Below are positions 23,042 through 36,389 of a DNA stretch of 64,000 nucleotides, in pieces (position 1 is the stretch's first letter; every line of letters starts with the position of its first letter). A program made the position numbers and the translations under genes. A model generated the notes under the pieces. The model was not told the DNA's origin and ran no database searches. It was given only the letters and a program-made list of their open reading frames with translations. Origin of the DNA: Trypanosoma brucei (taxonomy: Eukaryota); NCBI GenBank assembly GCA_000002445.1, contig CM000207.1:2688001-2752000 (forward strand), read 5' to 3'.

Positions 23042-24586
23042 AGCTTGTGAGCGATTGGCTTGTTCGCACCAATGTTTATTACATGAAACAGTTCGGTGAT
23101 TTTCATTACAAAAACTGAAGATAGTTGAGATTGGCGTTTACCTTTCAATTTTTAATTCATGGGCATTTACAATACTCTAACGGATACAGCATTTTACCTA
23201 TAAAATTCACAATTATTCTCCACATTCTCCACGCTCCTACTGCCAACAGAAGTCATTAAAAGCCTCTACATATCGCAAACATCACTTTTTTCTTGGCCTG
23301 TGATTCTAATGCGCGTCAAATTCCGCCATCCATATGTGCTGCCAATAACAACACAGCGCCACCGCTTACTAGTGGCATTATTCCTATTTTGGATACCCTT
23401 TATAGCCTGGATTATTTTACAGCGCCTGTTACTCAGCGGCGGTAACCTTTGTGTCAATTATAATTTTATGCTCTTCTTATTTTTGCTTGATGCGCTGGGC
23501 TGACTGTTGAATAGCAAAAAAGTTTTATGAAATTTGTACTCTCCTTTAGTGCAGTTCATGTTTTGCCTCTATGTTAGTATGGAATTAGTGGAGTTGCAGA
23601 GCCAAGTCCCTCTACATAATGAAGCGTGTCCGATGGTTCATGCATGCACTATTTTAAACAGTTTCCGTGTGTCAACTCTTATATCACAATAACCTATAAC
23701 ATATTAGTACTCCTAGTTTTAAACAAATTCTCTCGATAACATTATAGCCACGGTCGCAAATGTTGGAATATTTAATATATCTTATAAGAAAAAGAGTTTG
23801 TCATTATTTTATAGTTATACAATCCCTTTGTGTTGCTTCTTTTGATTGATATTCATAGTTATATCAATTAACCATATCATTGTCGTTTCGGTTCACCTCC
23901 CTTTTCATTTATCCATTTGTAGTGATGCTCGAAGCATCGCTACATCCTCTTGCATCATTTCTTTTGTTGTGTGATGAAACGAAATCCTTTCTATTACTCT
24001 AAATTTCCTTTTCTCTTCCTTTCCTTCACTGCTACTGTTATCGCTCCGGATAACGTTGCGAAGACAACTAGAATGCACACTCGAATATGCCTCTTCCTTG
24101 TGTTTAATGATGACCATTATCATCTTAGTGTATGAAACTGAGTACATTCCATCTCCACCTATCTGTTGTTTGTATTTTTCTCAATAATTTTACTTATGCC
24201 GTCAATCACTCCATCTCATTTACATACAGTGAACTACTGCTATTGTCATAAGTGCTTGATTTTAGTTATTCCCTTCTAACTTCAACACCACTTTTATTAT
24301 ATGATGAATAAACACATTCACAATACGCTTCTATTATTATTGCAATGCTATTATAATTTTAAATAATGTCCACAAAGTAAACAAAATATACAAAAATTAG
24401 ACTACCAATTATTTTTCATACCCTATCACTGTACTAACAGATATCGAAAGAGCACATTAACGCTAAAAAATTTACTAATCTGAACATTTACGTGAAAGAG
24501 TGTTTAAAGTTTTCGAAATCTCTAAAAATAGAAAATTCTTTCAAAATAGCGAAATATCATAAAGTTCATAAAATTAAGTAATACAA

Positions 24587-24960
24587 TTAAAATTCCACAA
24601 ACATCATTAACGCAACAGCCATCAGAATAAATTTCTTATTGACGATAAAACTGGAAGAGTGGCATTTGAAACTCTTATCACCTCCACTGGCATCCTCTCT
24701 TATCCACCCACAAAATTTGTTCTTTCCAGATTGTTTTTGAACCGTCAGCCGCCTTACATTCCGTCTTTGTCTTAAAATCGGCACATGTCTTGCCATTCTT
24801 ATTTTTCCCATCATTCTCTCCTGCTTGGTTTGCTTGTTCCGCTGCCTTCCTCACTCAAGGTGCACTTTTTGCCATCGCCTACTTTGAGGTTAAAAACGCG
24901 ACCCCGGCAGCTGAGTGATTTCAGCCGCTGACGTGGTGGCGCCTGATTGAGCAACTACTG
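24587..24960 (-). pseudogene. Orphan VSG 3' fragment (C-terminal domain plus GPI signal SSSFIVNKKFILMAVALMMFVEF)
   Basis: ORF 24587..24814 minus. Confidence 0.65.
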
Positions 24961-25014
24961 CTTAGCTGCTGATCGTGCTAATCGCTATCCACAAAATATT
25001 ATTAGATCTCTTAA

Positions 25015-25585
25015 TTTCCTCTTTGAAAGCAAATTGTTTCGCACAGTGAAATCGCCACACGCCAGTATAAAATAGTAATAGTAATAATTTTGAAGCCGCG
25101 CGCACCGCAAAAAGTAAAGTTGAAATTCACAAGAGCATAATGAGCAAAAGCTTAACAAATCGATGCGAAGGTGGAGGGGGAAAATATGAAGGTAAATATG
25201 TCTTCTGGGTAAATAAGGGTCATATCACGCGTCAAAAAAAAAGAGCCAGTTCACACCTAAAGGAAAAAGCTCATGTCGTGATGCTTCACTGCTAGTAAAA
25301 AAAACCAAAATAAAAATAAAAAGTCATAACCCTAGCCCTCTCTCTCTCTCCTTCCTATCTATTCTCCTGCCTTCTTTGTGTTTACGGCGCTTGGGTTGGT
25401 GGACAAAAAATCAACAAAAAAAATTAAATTCTAAAATGCCAAAACCTTTTTGAAAAGAACCTGAAACCTAAAAATAAAAAAAGGAGAAAAGTTTTAGCCA
25501 TCATCAAAAAGATTACACGCTTAGGCAGAACGAAAAATTAATTATTTTCAGGGTAACTTACGTGTTAAAATATATCAAAATTTCA
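25015..25585 (-). repeat. Telomere-hexamer cassette copy C (degenerate G-strand AAATAAGGGTCATATC 25211-25226; AACCCTAGCCCT 25328-25339) ending in 16-mer 25563-25578
   Basis: Colinear homology with copy A: ...GCAAATTGTTTCGCAC...GCCGCGCGCACCGCAAAAAG...AAATAAGGGT...GCTTCACTGCTAGTAAAAAAA...ATAACCCTA... Confidence 0.7.
25563..25578 (-). promoter_or_regulatory. VSG 3'UTR 16-mer of VSG 25625..27181
   Basis: GTGTTAAAATATATCA exact. Confidence 0.85.
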
Positions 25586-25624
25586 GCAAGAAAAATTGAT
25601 GGGGGAAAATTTAAAACAGCAAAC

Positions 25625-27181
25625 TCACAAAAGAAGCAATAAGAGAATTTTTTTGACAAGGAAACTCGAATCATTCCACTTGCCTTCAATCCAACCGCAA
25701 ACATTTTTTTTATATTTTGGAATTTCACCTTTGACTGCAGCACATTCTTCAGGAGTTTTAGCCGCACCACACTTATCTGTTGTTTTTGTCTCCTCATTTC
25801 CTCCTGGCCCTGCTTCTTTTGCTTGTTTTTCTACATGTGTCGTATTCAATTTGCAGTGTTCTCGATCCTCGTCATTTTTGCCTTTGCATTCGCAGGCTGG
25901 CCGCTTTGTTTTGCATGGCGCCGCTTTTGTTATCGCTTCGCATTCTTCCTCTTTTTGCTGTGGTTTGGCAGTGCTGGCGATTGCTTGAACTTTCGGTGTA
26001 AGTCGGCTGAAGGCCTGTTAAATTTTCTTATGCAGCTGGAGCTGCAGTTGTAGGTTGAACGCTTGTTCTCTCAGATCCGCCAGCCTGCTTGTTGTCTTCG
26101 TTATTTCAGCATTTCTCCTTTTTTGCTCGGCGATTAGTTCGACTGCTTCTAGCAGCTTTGTTCGCCATGCTGCTTTTGTCAAGACTACCGTGTCGCTTTT
26201 GGCGGTCGTCTTGTAGACAATGCACAGCCCTGAGTTCGATTGTCCGGCACATCCTTGGCTAGCCAGCTGGCAGAATATGATTTTGCCTTGTTTGGGTGTG
26301 CCTCGTCCTAAAAATGCCGCTAGGCTAGTCAGAATCTCGCTGGCAGTAATTTCCGTCAAAGGGCTGTCTGGACATTTACTGATTATGGCTGTAGTATCTG
26401 TGTCGGCATTGGCGAGGTCGGCGTGCGTGCTCTGCGCCGCGGGTATGTCATCCGCGCATTCTTTGAAATTGCCGCTGCCGTCTGTACTTTCTGCTGCTCA
26501 TAAGCAATAAAGCAGCGCTGCTAACGTTTTAGCCTTGGTTGTCTCCGGGGTGTCTGCCACGCAAAGAAGTGTTCTCGTGCCAGGGTTTCCGTTGTTCGCT
26601 TTTAGGTTGTCAAGCGTTAGCTCCGACAGTTGCGTAACCCCTTGGCTGTAAGCCGCTTCTAGCAGTTTTTTTACTGCATTTTCGGTCAGTTTAGAGTCTG
26701 CAGATGCTCCCGATGTTAGCTGCAGTATTGCGGCTGCGTCTTCTTCTGCAATTGGCTGGAGCAGCGCCGATAGCTGTCCCTTCTCATGTTCGCTGATTCC
26801 ATCAATGGCTGCCTTCTTTATCATTGTCTTGCTTTCTTTTTCCTTGTCAAGCTCATCTTCCGCTTTAGTCCAACCGTCCCATCGCAGTTTCCGTATTTCA
26901 TCGACATTTTCCCCCTTGTTGCTATATTTGGGCCTCTCCTGACCCTCGTGTGGTTTTTCAAACTTCTTCCGCCATGTGTCGTCACTTAGTGTTGCATTCA
27001 GTTTGAGTATCTCCTGAAAGTCAGCGTCTGCTGTGCCTTTTGAGGCTAACTCCGGGGTTTTGCTTGACGGTAATGCGACTGGTGCACAGAGATCTAGAAA
27101 AAGGTTTCCGTTGTCCCCTGCGTTTATAGATCGCACCGGTCGCCTTATTAGTACCACCGTCGCAGCAAACGTTAGTAACAT
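25625..27181 (-). pseudogene. VSG (pieces 26498..27181, 26018..26359, 25625..25849; GPI signal SSFLVKKILLLLLL)
   Basis: ORF track; B-type-like N-domain motif ILKLNATLSDDTWRKKFEK. Confidence 0.8.
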
Positions 27182-27435
27182 TTTTTATTAATCATTATGT
27201 TGCTATTACGCGTTGCTATTGTCCTAGCAATGTTTGTTGGATTTAAAACGAGCGTTTGTGACGTTACACCGCAGGAAGTTGGGCTACGCCACCATTTAGT
27301 AAGGGGAAAAGACTGGGATGCGATCTGCTAGGGTCTCAGTTTGTGAGCGGTTTTTTGTGGTGATTTTTACAGTTTCTCAGGCTTAAACCAATCCTCTCCT
27401 TTAAAATCATCACCACCAATACCGCAATATTCAAA

Positions 27436-28340
27436 TTACGACTTACCCCCATCTATTGTGTAACATTGAATTTCTCCCAACTCGTCAGCGGTAAGTTTTC
27501 TTCCCTTAAACTCCACATACCAACTGAGATTTTTCAAAATTAATTTTTCCCTCTCCTCACACGCAAATGCTTGCTCTGTTAATTGAATGAATAAATGGAT
27601 CCTCTCTAAAATCACCATTATTTGAAATAGCAAAACATATCTCTTCATAATTCAGTTCAATCATTCTCTTACTCAAAAAACCCTGTAAAACAGCTTTTTT
27701 CTGCAAAGCAGTTCAAATCGGTAAGGGCTTGTAAATGCTTTGATCACACAACCATTCACTCGTTATTTACTGCAAGCGATTTCTCATACGCAAATTCAAA
27801 AATTTTAAATGCCTACACTTGTGCTATCACACCACCACCCTTAAGATAGGGTTTGCCACTAGGAGATGATTTTAGCAAATGAGGTAAATATTTATCCTCT
27901 TCGTTTCTGTAGCCCACATTAAAAAACAAATAACAACACAGCACATGATATTTGTGAACATGCTTTTCACTAAACTTCTTTTTATTAGTTGCACCATTTT
28001 GTATAAAATATCCCACAGAAGTTTCATGCTTTTGTTGATCAGCAACAATAACATCATACCCACCCACAGTTTTTAAAAAATCCTCATTATTTTCATCATG
28101 CCTTTATCAATATTCCATAACCCATCTAGGTCTTTTTACATGACTATACAAACCTCCCATAGCAATTGTAATAATTTCAACATGGCTTAGTTTGTCACTC
28201 AATATGAGCCTACACCATCCTTGAGTTGCATGAGTTTGAACGACAAACACAAACACTATAGGCTTTTTAGTATAATTCACTGACACATTGTTTACGTTAT
28301 TCATTTCGTTATCTTGAAGAGCTTTGAGCATAAAAACACT
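27436..28340 (-). pseudogene. Fragmented copy 1 of an unassigned conserved array-associated protein family (motifs VVQTHATQGWCRLIL, IAMGGLYSHVKRPRWVMEF, HLDGSDVIV, TSECYAPQL)
   Basis: ORFs 28107..28331, 27813..28067, 27436..27648 minus; paralogous to 36390..37340 and 51600..52340. Confidence 0.6.
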
Positions 28341-28601
28341 AAATGTGAATACAATCGTGATAATGAAATTTTCAAGATATAAAATTTCATTACCTTATAT
28401 ATTTAAAAAATTGGAGGGTGATAAAAGAAAAAACTTTAAAAACTTGATTAAACTACTTGGTTGCGGTTCAAAGATTCTTTATTAATGAACATTTTCTCAA
28501 ATATATAAGTAAATTCTTGATTTTGTTATGATATATATTTGTTAAAGAGTATATGCTCAGTTTTTGCAACTTATATTCGGCACTGATCAATTGTTTTTGT
28601 A

Positions 28602-29700
28602 TTATAATTTAACTCCACACTCATACCTACTGTTATACGCTACACGTATTCCGGTGCTCACTTCTTTTCCTTCGCTGGCGACGTTTTTGACGCTGAAACA
28701 TACTCCGCCACTGGTTGTGCCGTCGCAGCTGTCACCGTCACTGGCTCGCAGCAGTGGCTTCGGCGTGTGGACCCGCAGCAGTCGTTCGATGGCTTGCAGC
28801 CGCGCTTGAAGCTTTGACCTTGTTAGCTGTAGAGGAGGACGGCTATGGCAGTATTTGGGGGGCTCTTGCAGATTATTGTCTGTTTCTACCGTGTTGTCGT
28901 TGGAACATTGGGTGCTTATCTTCACATTTTTTCCTCATAGTTGATCTGCACCTGAACTTGATCCGCGGGCGCAGACACAGGCGATTGGAGCGGCAACTGT
29001 TTTTACCCTGAGCGAAGCAGCATCTCCGCGGCAGCCGTGACCGAAGTTGGTGCCCCCGGTGCCGAAAGCCGTGTTTTCTGCTGCTGTTTGTTTGCCCTGC
29101 GTTGGTGTGCCGTGAGAAGCTAAGTTCAGGTTTTTTTATTACTTCTTCGGTAAATTGGTTTATTTGGGACACTAGGTTATCTCTGGTTGTTTTGAGCTGA
29201 AACGCTGTTTCGGCTGCTTTGCGTACTTCCGTTTGGAATGCTAGAAGTTGGGCTTTCGGCATGCTTCTGGTTTTAAGGTTTTTAATGTCTTCCATGTTCG
29301 TCCCTTCGTGCACTTCGGTTACTGCTTTTATCCAGTGTGTCCAATATTTATCCCAATCGTCGTGGCCAGAAATTGTTTGTGGTTTTGTTCTGTGGTAGGG
29401 TTTCTTGTTGGCGTCCTCTACGAACATCTTTAACCACTTGGTATCGGCTGTATATGTGTTGAGTCTCTGGGTTTCGTCGTATTCTGCCGAAGAATCTGAC
29501 GCAAAAGTGGGGAGCGTCAATGGGCCGTCTGCTAGTGCCATTAATTCGCATAATTGTAAGAAAATTTCGGCATTATCTCTTGCTGCTACCGCGGCCCGTT
29601 TCTTTGTGATGTGCATTGTTACTAGAATAACTAAGTGAAGGAATCTGTCGCTCATGGCGGTTGGTCTTTTCGGTTGTGCGTAGACTGATAGAAAGTTCAA
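28602..29700 (-). pseudogene. VSG N-terminal domain fragment (275-aa ORF then degenerate tail), 3'-truncated
   Basis: ORF 28873..29700 with leader and VSG-like N-domain (DGPLTLPTFASDSSAEYDETQRLN...); no recognisable C-domain or GPI signal downstream. Confidence 0.6.
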
Positions 29701-30479
29701 GGTCAGTTTTAAGCAAGAGTTTCTACCTTTCTCTAAGTTTGTTTGTTTAATACTTTAAAACACAGCGTCTTTTTCCGGATATAAAACAGCTGAACTTTTG
29801 GTACTTTGAGTTTGAGTACGTAAAAAAAAATGATATGTAACAGCTTCTCTTCCATACACGGTTTTGGGTTGAACAAACTAGTTTATCGTCTCGTTTTGTC
29901 ACTATCCTCATTCTCTCAACAACTGACCAAAATTCCTACCGTAACCACCCTCTTTTCCCCTTTGCTCTGTGGTCTTGTATTCCTTTTCCTTCCAATTAAC
30001 ACACATTCTATGAATCCCTTGTTAGAGCATTTAACGCTGCACATTAAGACCCACAATCACGTTTAAAACTGCGGTTGTAAACCGTCATCTCTGCAATAGC
30101 ATCTAACGATTTTTGTTTCAAATATGGGCATCATTTTTTCGTGATATACCATTTTATAATGCGCTACACAGTTCCGCTTCCATTTGTTTCATTCTGTATT
30201 TTCTTTCTTCTTTTTTCACCACCTTTTGCTGCTCCCGCTGTTTCGTGGCGACTTCACCATCACCTTACATCAGACTCTTTAACTTCATAATTACATCTTC
30301 TCCAACATCCCCCTGTATGATAATTACCACAGAAATTTTTGTTTATGAAACTGCGCATACTCCATCTCCTTTTCTCTATCTCCTTCACTCACTATAAAAC
30401 TTATTTACTCATTCCAATTCGCTAACTTACCTCCATTATCGTTTTCTATTGTGTTAATTGCTTCTATTTTTGGCACTTA

Positions 30480-30680
30480 TTCCGTTATCACAACCATACT
30501 TATAATATTATCATATACAAAATAGCAATACTCTCCTATTATTATCATTGTTATTATCTTTATCACTGTTATTATTGCTGCTCTTATTATAATATTAGAA
30601 TATACATACTTACACAGTTTTCTACATTTATACTTACTATTAGAGCCCTCACTAATATAACCCTATCTAATACGCATAAA
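30480..30680 (-). repeat. 70-bp repeats (2-3 tandem units)
   Basis: CTCTTATTATAATATTAGAATATACATACTTACACAG with TTATTATCATTGTTATTATC triplet runs. Confidence 0.65.
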
Positions 30681-30947
30681 ATAAAACAAATTAAAAAATG
30701 AACCAAAATAGATTAGCATTTATACTTATACCCTATCACCATACTAATTTACACCCATATGTAACTTCTACACTTAAATTTAATATTTTTTAGATTATAT
30801 TATATTGAAAGTTTTCGCATTTTGTAAGGGTTTGCAAAAGTATTAAAATATATCAAATTTTAATAAATTTCGTTAATTCGTCCAAAATAGGTGATTTTCA
30901 TAATTTCCATAAAATTGATCAAAAATCCTTTGTATGCTAGAGTGGTA

Positions 30948-32498
30948 TCAGACGTATAAAGTAAGATCTATCGGAGAAATTTTCTTATTTAGAAGAAATC
31001 TGGAACGTTTTAATTTTTCTTCAATCCAACCGCAAACAGATTTTTTGCTGGAACCGCAGTTACTTAGACTCTTTCACATTTCTTCGTATCTAGTCCTTTA
31101 AATTGGGAAGTTGGCTCTCCTGTTTCTTTTCTTACTTATTCTATTGCTTCTTTTTGTTCCTTGCTCAATGTGCACTTTTTCTTGTCATCTTTTGCTTCGC
31201 CGTTCCAGTTGCATGGGGAAGTGCAATCTGTTTGTTTGACTACCTTATTGCACTCTTTTTCGGCTTCTTCTTGCTGTTTTTTTGAAGCACTCTCCTCTAC
31301 TGGGGCTGCTGTTGCTGTTGTTTTTTCTCCTACAAGAATTGCTATGACTGTGTCATTTAGTAGTTGTAGTTCTTTTTCGACTTGCTGTGCTTTTTTTGCA
31401 TTATCTTCGTCGCTCTTTACTTTTTCAGCAGCGCATCGCAGTGCTGATAGCCATTGGTATTGTCGTTTCGCCGTTGGCAAAGTGCTTTGGCTTATATTGC
31501 ACACATTGGCCTCCATTTGTGACCTTGTTGCCGGTGCATCCTGCGAAGCCGCCGCCTACGGTGCTGTCAACCACGCCGAGCACTAGTGCTTTACCGGCAT
31601 TTGTGCTGCTTTCTGCTTTGATTTGAGTCTGTAGCGCTGCCCAGGCCGATTTCAGTGTTACATCGGTGAGGTGGCCGGCACCTCCGAATTTGGCGCAGTG
31701 TTCTATTAAAGGGTCGCCTGCTGCTTTGTCGTTGCTGTTTGGTGTCCAGTCTGTGCTGGTTTCGCTACCTTCAAGCCCCTTTCCACACGCCTGTTTCGTG
31801 TTCCCGTGTGCGTTGCTGGCTCCGCAAAGGCAGAGCAGATCCCAGAAAAGCGCCGTGCCTGCTTTGTTGTTTGTGCCTGCCGCTTCTTCGCTGCATACGT
31901 TTTCGCGAGTGGCACTTCCCGATTTGAGACCGTCAGAGTTTGCTGCGCCATGGCCGTATAGCGAATCTTTGCATAGCTGTGCAGCGGTCGGAGCTGGAGT
32001 TTGTTCCGCGGTTTGTGCTTGTGCGTACAGCTTTTTTGCCCGTTTTGCCATTTCTGCCGTTGCCAGTCGTTGTGCCGCAGTGTTAGGTTGTGCGGTGAAT
32101 GTTTTAATCCAGGTTTGATGGTGTTTGAGCTGTTTCTTCGACTCTTTCCAGAACTGCCAGTCTTCTTCGCTGCCGCCTAACTTATTTTTATTGGCCTGTG
32201 GCAATGTCGCCCATTCCTTCTCCGTGTCAATTGCTTGTTGAAAGTCACTTCCCGCTAGACTAATGTTTAGCGCACCCACAACTAGCGCTGTGTCGGTTTT
32301 TGTGGTGGCCTCTTGGCCGCCTTTTGTGCACTTAGTCGCTAAGTTGACTAGCATACAGATCGCTTTGTACTGAGCTGTATTGTCGCCTGCAGCTGTGTTA
32401 GCTTCCGCTGTGAACAGGTTGGCTGCGGTTAAAAGAAACAGTGTCTTGAATCTTATGAAGGCGCGTTTGGCGTTCGTCATTGCTGATTCTAATAGCAA
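30948..32498 (-). pseudogene. VSG (357-aa N-domain ORF 31425..32498; C-domain 31136..31516; GPI tail ...CGWIEEKLKRSRFLLNKKISPIDLTLYV in third frame)
   Basis: ORF track plus manual translation of 30948-31135 minus strand; 16-mer variant GTATTAAAATATATCA at 30840-30855. Confidence 0.75.
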
Positions 32499-33459
32499 CG
32501 CAATAATTCCTTACCGATTTCTTACAGTCGTCTTTTTCACAGTTTGTCACTGTTTCTTCCTATTCACTCAATGAAGAAAGCATCGTGTTTTGTGTTAGAT
32601 ATGTAGGGTGCCCAGCAGTTGGCCACATGTATTCAAAACATTGGTATATTAAAGGGGTGCCATCCGGTTGATTCCGGCACTGGCAGTCAGACCGCTGCCT
32701 CCATGATTCGTTCTGTTTTGTCAGCCTTTACTTAGTTGAAAAGACACACAGGCTCGAAAGTTACTACATTACATCGCCCAGCTCCATTACATAAATATTT
32801 TGCCATTATTGTGTTATCATCATATCTATATCACAGCACAATCACTCACCCACCCATTCCCGTTGTCCCTGAAAGCTAGCCCTATTTTTCACTAGCTGTT
32901 CCAAAATTCCCACATGCACTTTATGAGCTGCCGTGCCCAGTATATAATTCATAACATTTGATCCACCACCAGAAAAAAACTACACTTGCAATTATCTTAG
33001 CAGTAACATCTATCTAATTTTGTGTAAAATATGGATCACAACCTCCTCCGGTATCATTTCTTCCTGCGCCTTGCGTCACTGATGTTTTTGTTTTTTATTT
33101 ACTTTCCTTATTTTCTCCTACTGTTTATTTCTGCGCATAACGTAGCGACTCTATTTTCCCTATGCGCTGCACCACGTCTTTCCCTGATTATCCCTATATC
33201 ATAACCTCTTTTTTTCATGAAATCCGTACTCATATCTGTGTTTGAAAATGCACATATTCCATCTCCATCTCCATTTCCCCCCCTCTCTTTCTCTCTCTGT
33301 ATCTTACTACATTCACTCTAAAATAATATTACTCGTGCTCTTCCACTTCGTTTACACACTATCCAAGTCACTGACTTACTCTCGTTGAAACCTTCATATT
33401 GTTTTTGGTTCTTCTGTTTTGGTATTTCATTTGGTTACATCACAACCATTTTGCTAATA

Positions 33460-33520
33460 TTAGTATATACACTCACAACACTTTCCTATTATTATAATTT
33501 TTATTATAGTCTCAATTAAC
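33460..33520 (-). repeat. 70-bp repeat unit
   Basis: ATTAGTATATACACTCACAACACTTTCCTATTATTATAAT. Confidence 0.65.
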
Positions 33521-33765
33521 ATCTATAAAATAAAAAGAAATATGTAAAATTAACTAAATTAGAAGAGCACTTATTTTCACACCACATTACCTTACTTTGT
33601 TACAACATTGTTCCTAGAGGTCACTTTCGTGTGAAAATTGCATATTTTTTTTTGAAAACAATTCATTATTTTTCATATTTCGCAAAGGTTTTAAAAAAGT
33701 GATATAATATGTTAAATTTAGTAACATTTTGTAATTTTCTCAAAATAGTAAATTTCATAAAATTA

Positions 33766-35207
33766 AGCAAAATCTTTAAAATAGTAGCAAACTTATAAAG
33801 ACAGCAGAAATAATGGCGAAATTATTATTGAAGAAAATAGAGGAATCTTTGCAAGTGTTTTCTTCCCATTTGCAATCCGGAGATTTGCATTCTTTTTCTT
33901 GTTACCTTTGCATTTTTCTGCTGCGTTTGTCTGCTCTTTGACTTTAGTTGCGTCTACTTCGCATGATCCATCTGTTTCGGTGTTTCCTTTCCATTTGCAG
34001 TTAGCCTCTGTGCAGGCAGTTTTGTTGTTTTTGTGTTGTTAGCATTCTTTGGCGGTTTTTTTTTCTGGTATGCTGGTTTTTTCTTGCATTTGTTCTCGAG
34101 CTTGTGGTGATTCGCTGTAGATCAGTGATTGAGCTTGTAGCCGTTTTGTTCTTATTCTGTCTGCTGCTTGTTGGCGAACCTGTACTGCTTTTTCGTGGGC
34201 TCTTAGGGCGGTTACTTGGTCGGCTAGCTGATGTAGCCACGGGATGTCTGTGTATTTTTTGCTGCCGTCGCTACCAAGGTCTGTGTATTTTACACACATG
34301 CCGCAGTCTTGGCTTCCCGTGCATTGGCCTTTGTTGTTTTACCAAAGGTCGCCGCTCCGTTTACGCGCATGATTAGTTTTGTGATGTGCAGTAGCTTCGT
34401 TGCGAGTGTATCCGCCGTAATATGGTGTTTTGTCTGTAAGTCACATAGTTTGACTGCTTCAGATATTGCTGCCGCGGCTGGATAGTTACTGCTTCCTGGC
34501 CACGTCTGGGTGGTCCCTGTGACGTACTCACACGCGTTGCCTTCGTTGCTGCCTGCGCCGTTCTGTCTGGTGCATATACATAGCAAAGCTGCTGTGACTG
34601 TTACGGCTTTTTTGTTTTGCGTGCTGCCTTCGCACACTGATTTTGGCCCGGCGACGGTGGCTGCCCCCTTGAAAAGTTTGCTTTCGTCGGAAGGAGCGTC
34701 GCTCCAGGTTTTGTCGCCGTAGAGCGCCGTGTTTAGCTTTTGTTGTAAGGCGCTGTCGTTTAGCAGATTTTCTGTCGGCGCTGCTTTTTGCATGTGTTCG
34801 TTGGTTGCAGTTGCCTCGGCCGCGTGGCGCTGGACAGGTGGGCGGATTGCCGCCTCCTTCTCTGTGGTTATATCTTTTAGCTTGTGCTTTGCCAGTGCAT
34901 CTTGTTGCCCGTCCGGCTTGATGACGTTTAAAGCAGCTGCCTGCCATTTGTTCCATCTTTCTTTCCAGTCCGGGTGTTGCCCGAGCTCGTCGTCTGGGAA
35001 TGCGCGTATTGTCTCCTTGTTGGTTTTGTCTCGGAACAGGTCCAGCCAAGCTTGGTCTGATACGCTCATATTAAGCTCTAGGATGTCGTCCAAATCCGTG
35101 TTCTGAGTTGGGGGCTGAAAGGCTAGTGTTGCCCGCTTGTTCCCTAGTTCAATCAGCCAACAGAGCGCCCATCTCCCTGACGCTGTCATCTTTAGCGATG
35201 TTGGCAA
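33766..35207 (-). pseudogene. VSG (N-domain ORF 34290..35207, middle 34039..34299, C-tail SIFFNNNFAIISAVFISLLLF*)
   Basis: ORF track; B-type motif ILELNMSVSDQAWLDLFRDK; GPI tail decoded 33766-33830. Confidence 0.75.
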
Positions 35208-36389
35208 ACGCCCGGCTGGTAATTAAAAGCAATGCCACTTTCACTGAGATTCTAAAAAGCCACCGTGTTGGCATACTCAAATATATCATTTGTCTGACTC
35301 TATCTCAAAATTTCCTGAAAGAGAATGAGCTTAGCGTTGTTGTTTTTAATGAATGTTTCACTGTTTGGTTTGAAAACATGCTGAATTACAGTAGGTGTTT
35401 CCGCGCAGCTGAGCGCTTAGTTTGTAGAATATTGCTGGCTTGTCCCTTATTGCTTTTGGAGAATGTACCATTAAAATCTTGTATGCTGCAGGTAACTACT
35501 GTTTGTAAGATCTAGGTTGCTCGGTGAGTACTTTTAGCCGTTGGTGTATGCTGCTTTTTCTACATTTGTAAGGATGTCACATGCTGCTTCCTTCGACGGT
35601 TCATAGTCTTCGCTAGAATTACGGCTGTGGTTCTTTTTGTGCCTCTGGGAGACTTCTTTCGACCATTCCTTTACTGCTGCCTTTTTTGTTGCTTGTTCCT
35701 GTGTGTCTTGCTGGTGCCTCCATTTTTGTTTTTAGTTAGGAATAAGCTGCGTTCGTCAGGTTGGAATTGAATATTGGATTGAGAACGTCGGCTTTTTGAT
35801 CGAATGTTTTGTCGAGTCCTCAGAGTCGTTTCGCTTGTGCATAAGTATAAATTCAACATGGAGTCGTGAACTCCGCGGTTTTTGGGGCCGTGGTGTTTGC
35901 CTACTCTGTTAGTTTAGGTTTAAACGCAAGGGAGTTTTATATGTTTATTATGTTGCCTTTGAAATATTTTTGAGCGTGTCTGATTTTTTGACTTCGAAGT
36001 AAAGACCGTTTGGTTAAGTTCTGTGTTTGTCTGTGTCTGAAGAAAGTATTTAGTGTCGAACATTTGGCAATGAAGTTTCTTGCGACCTTATGTTTCTGGT
36101 TTTGTCGGTTCAACGTTGTTTAACAGGCGACTTGTTCTTTGTCACCATGTTGTTGTTCGCTGCGGGCCTCTTCGGTCGTTGGCTTGTGCAAGGTTCTGGG
36201 TCGACTGTTCTCGTTACGCGGCCTCACTGGCTGTTGCTAGCACTGGCTATCCGGCGCCGTTGCGTTTTCAGCTGTGGGCTGTTGTTGGCACAAGTAATGG
36301 CTTGTCGGCGGCGGGAATTAAAACGCGCGACACTTTATGAAGAAGGAACAAATTTGTATTCTTTGGCCACTATGCAAAAGACTGCCATA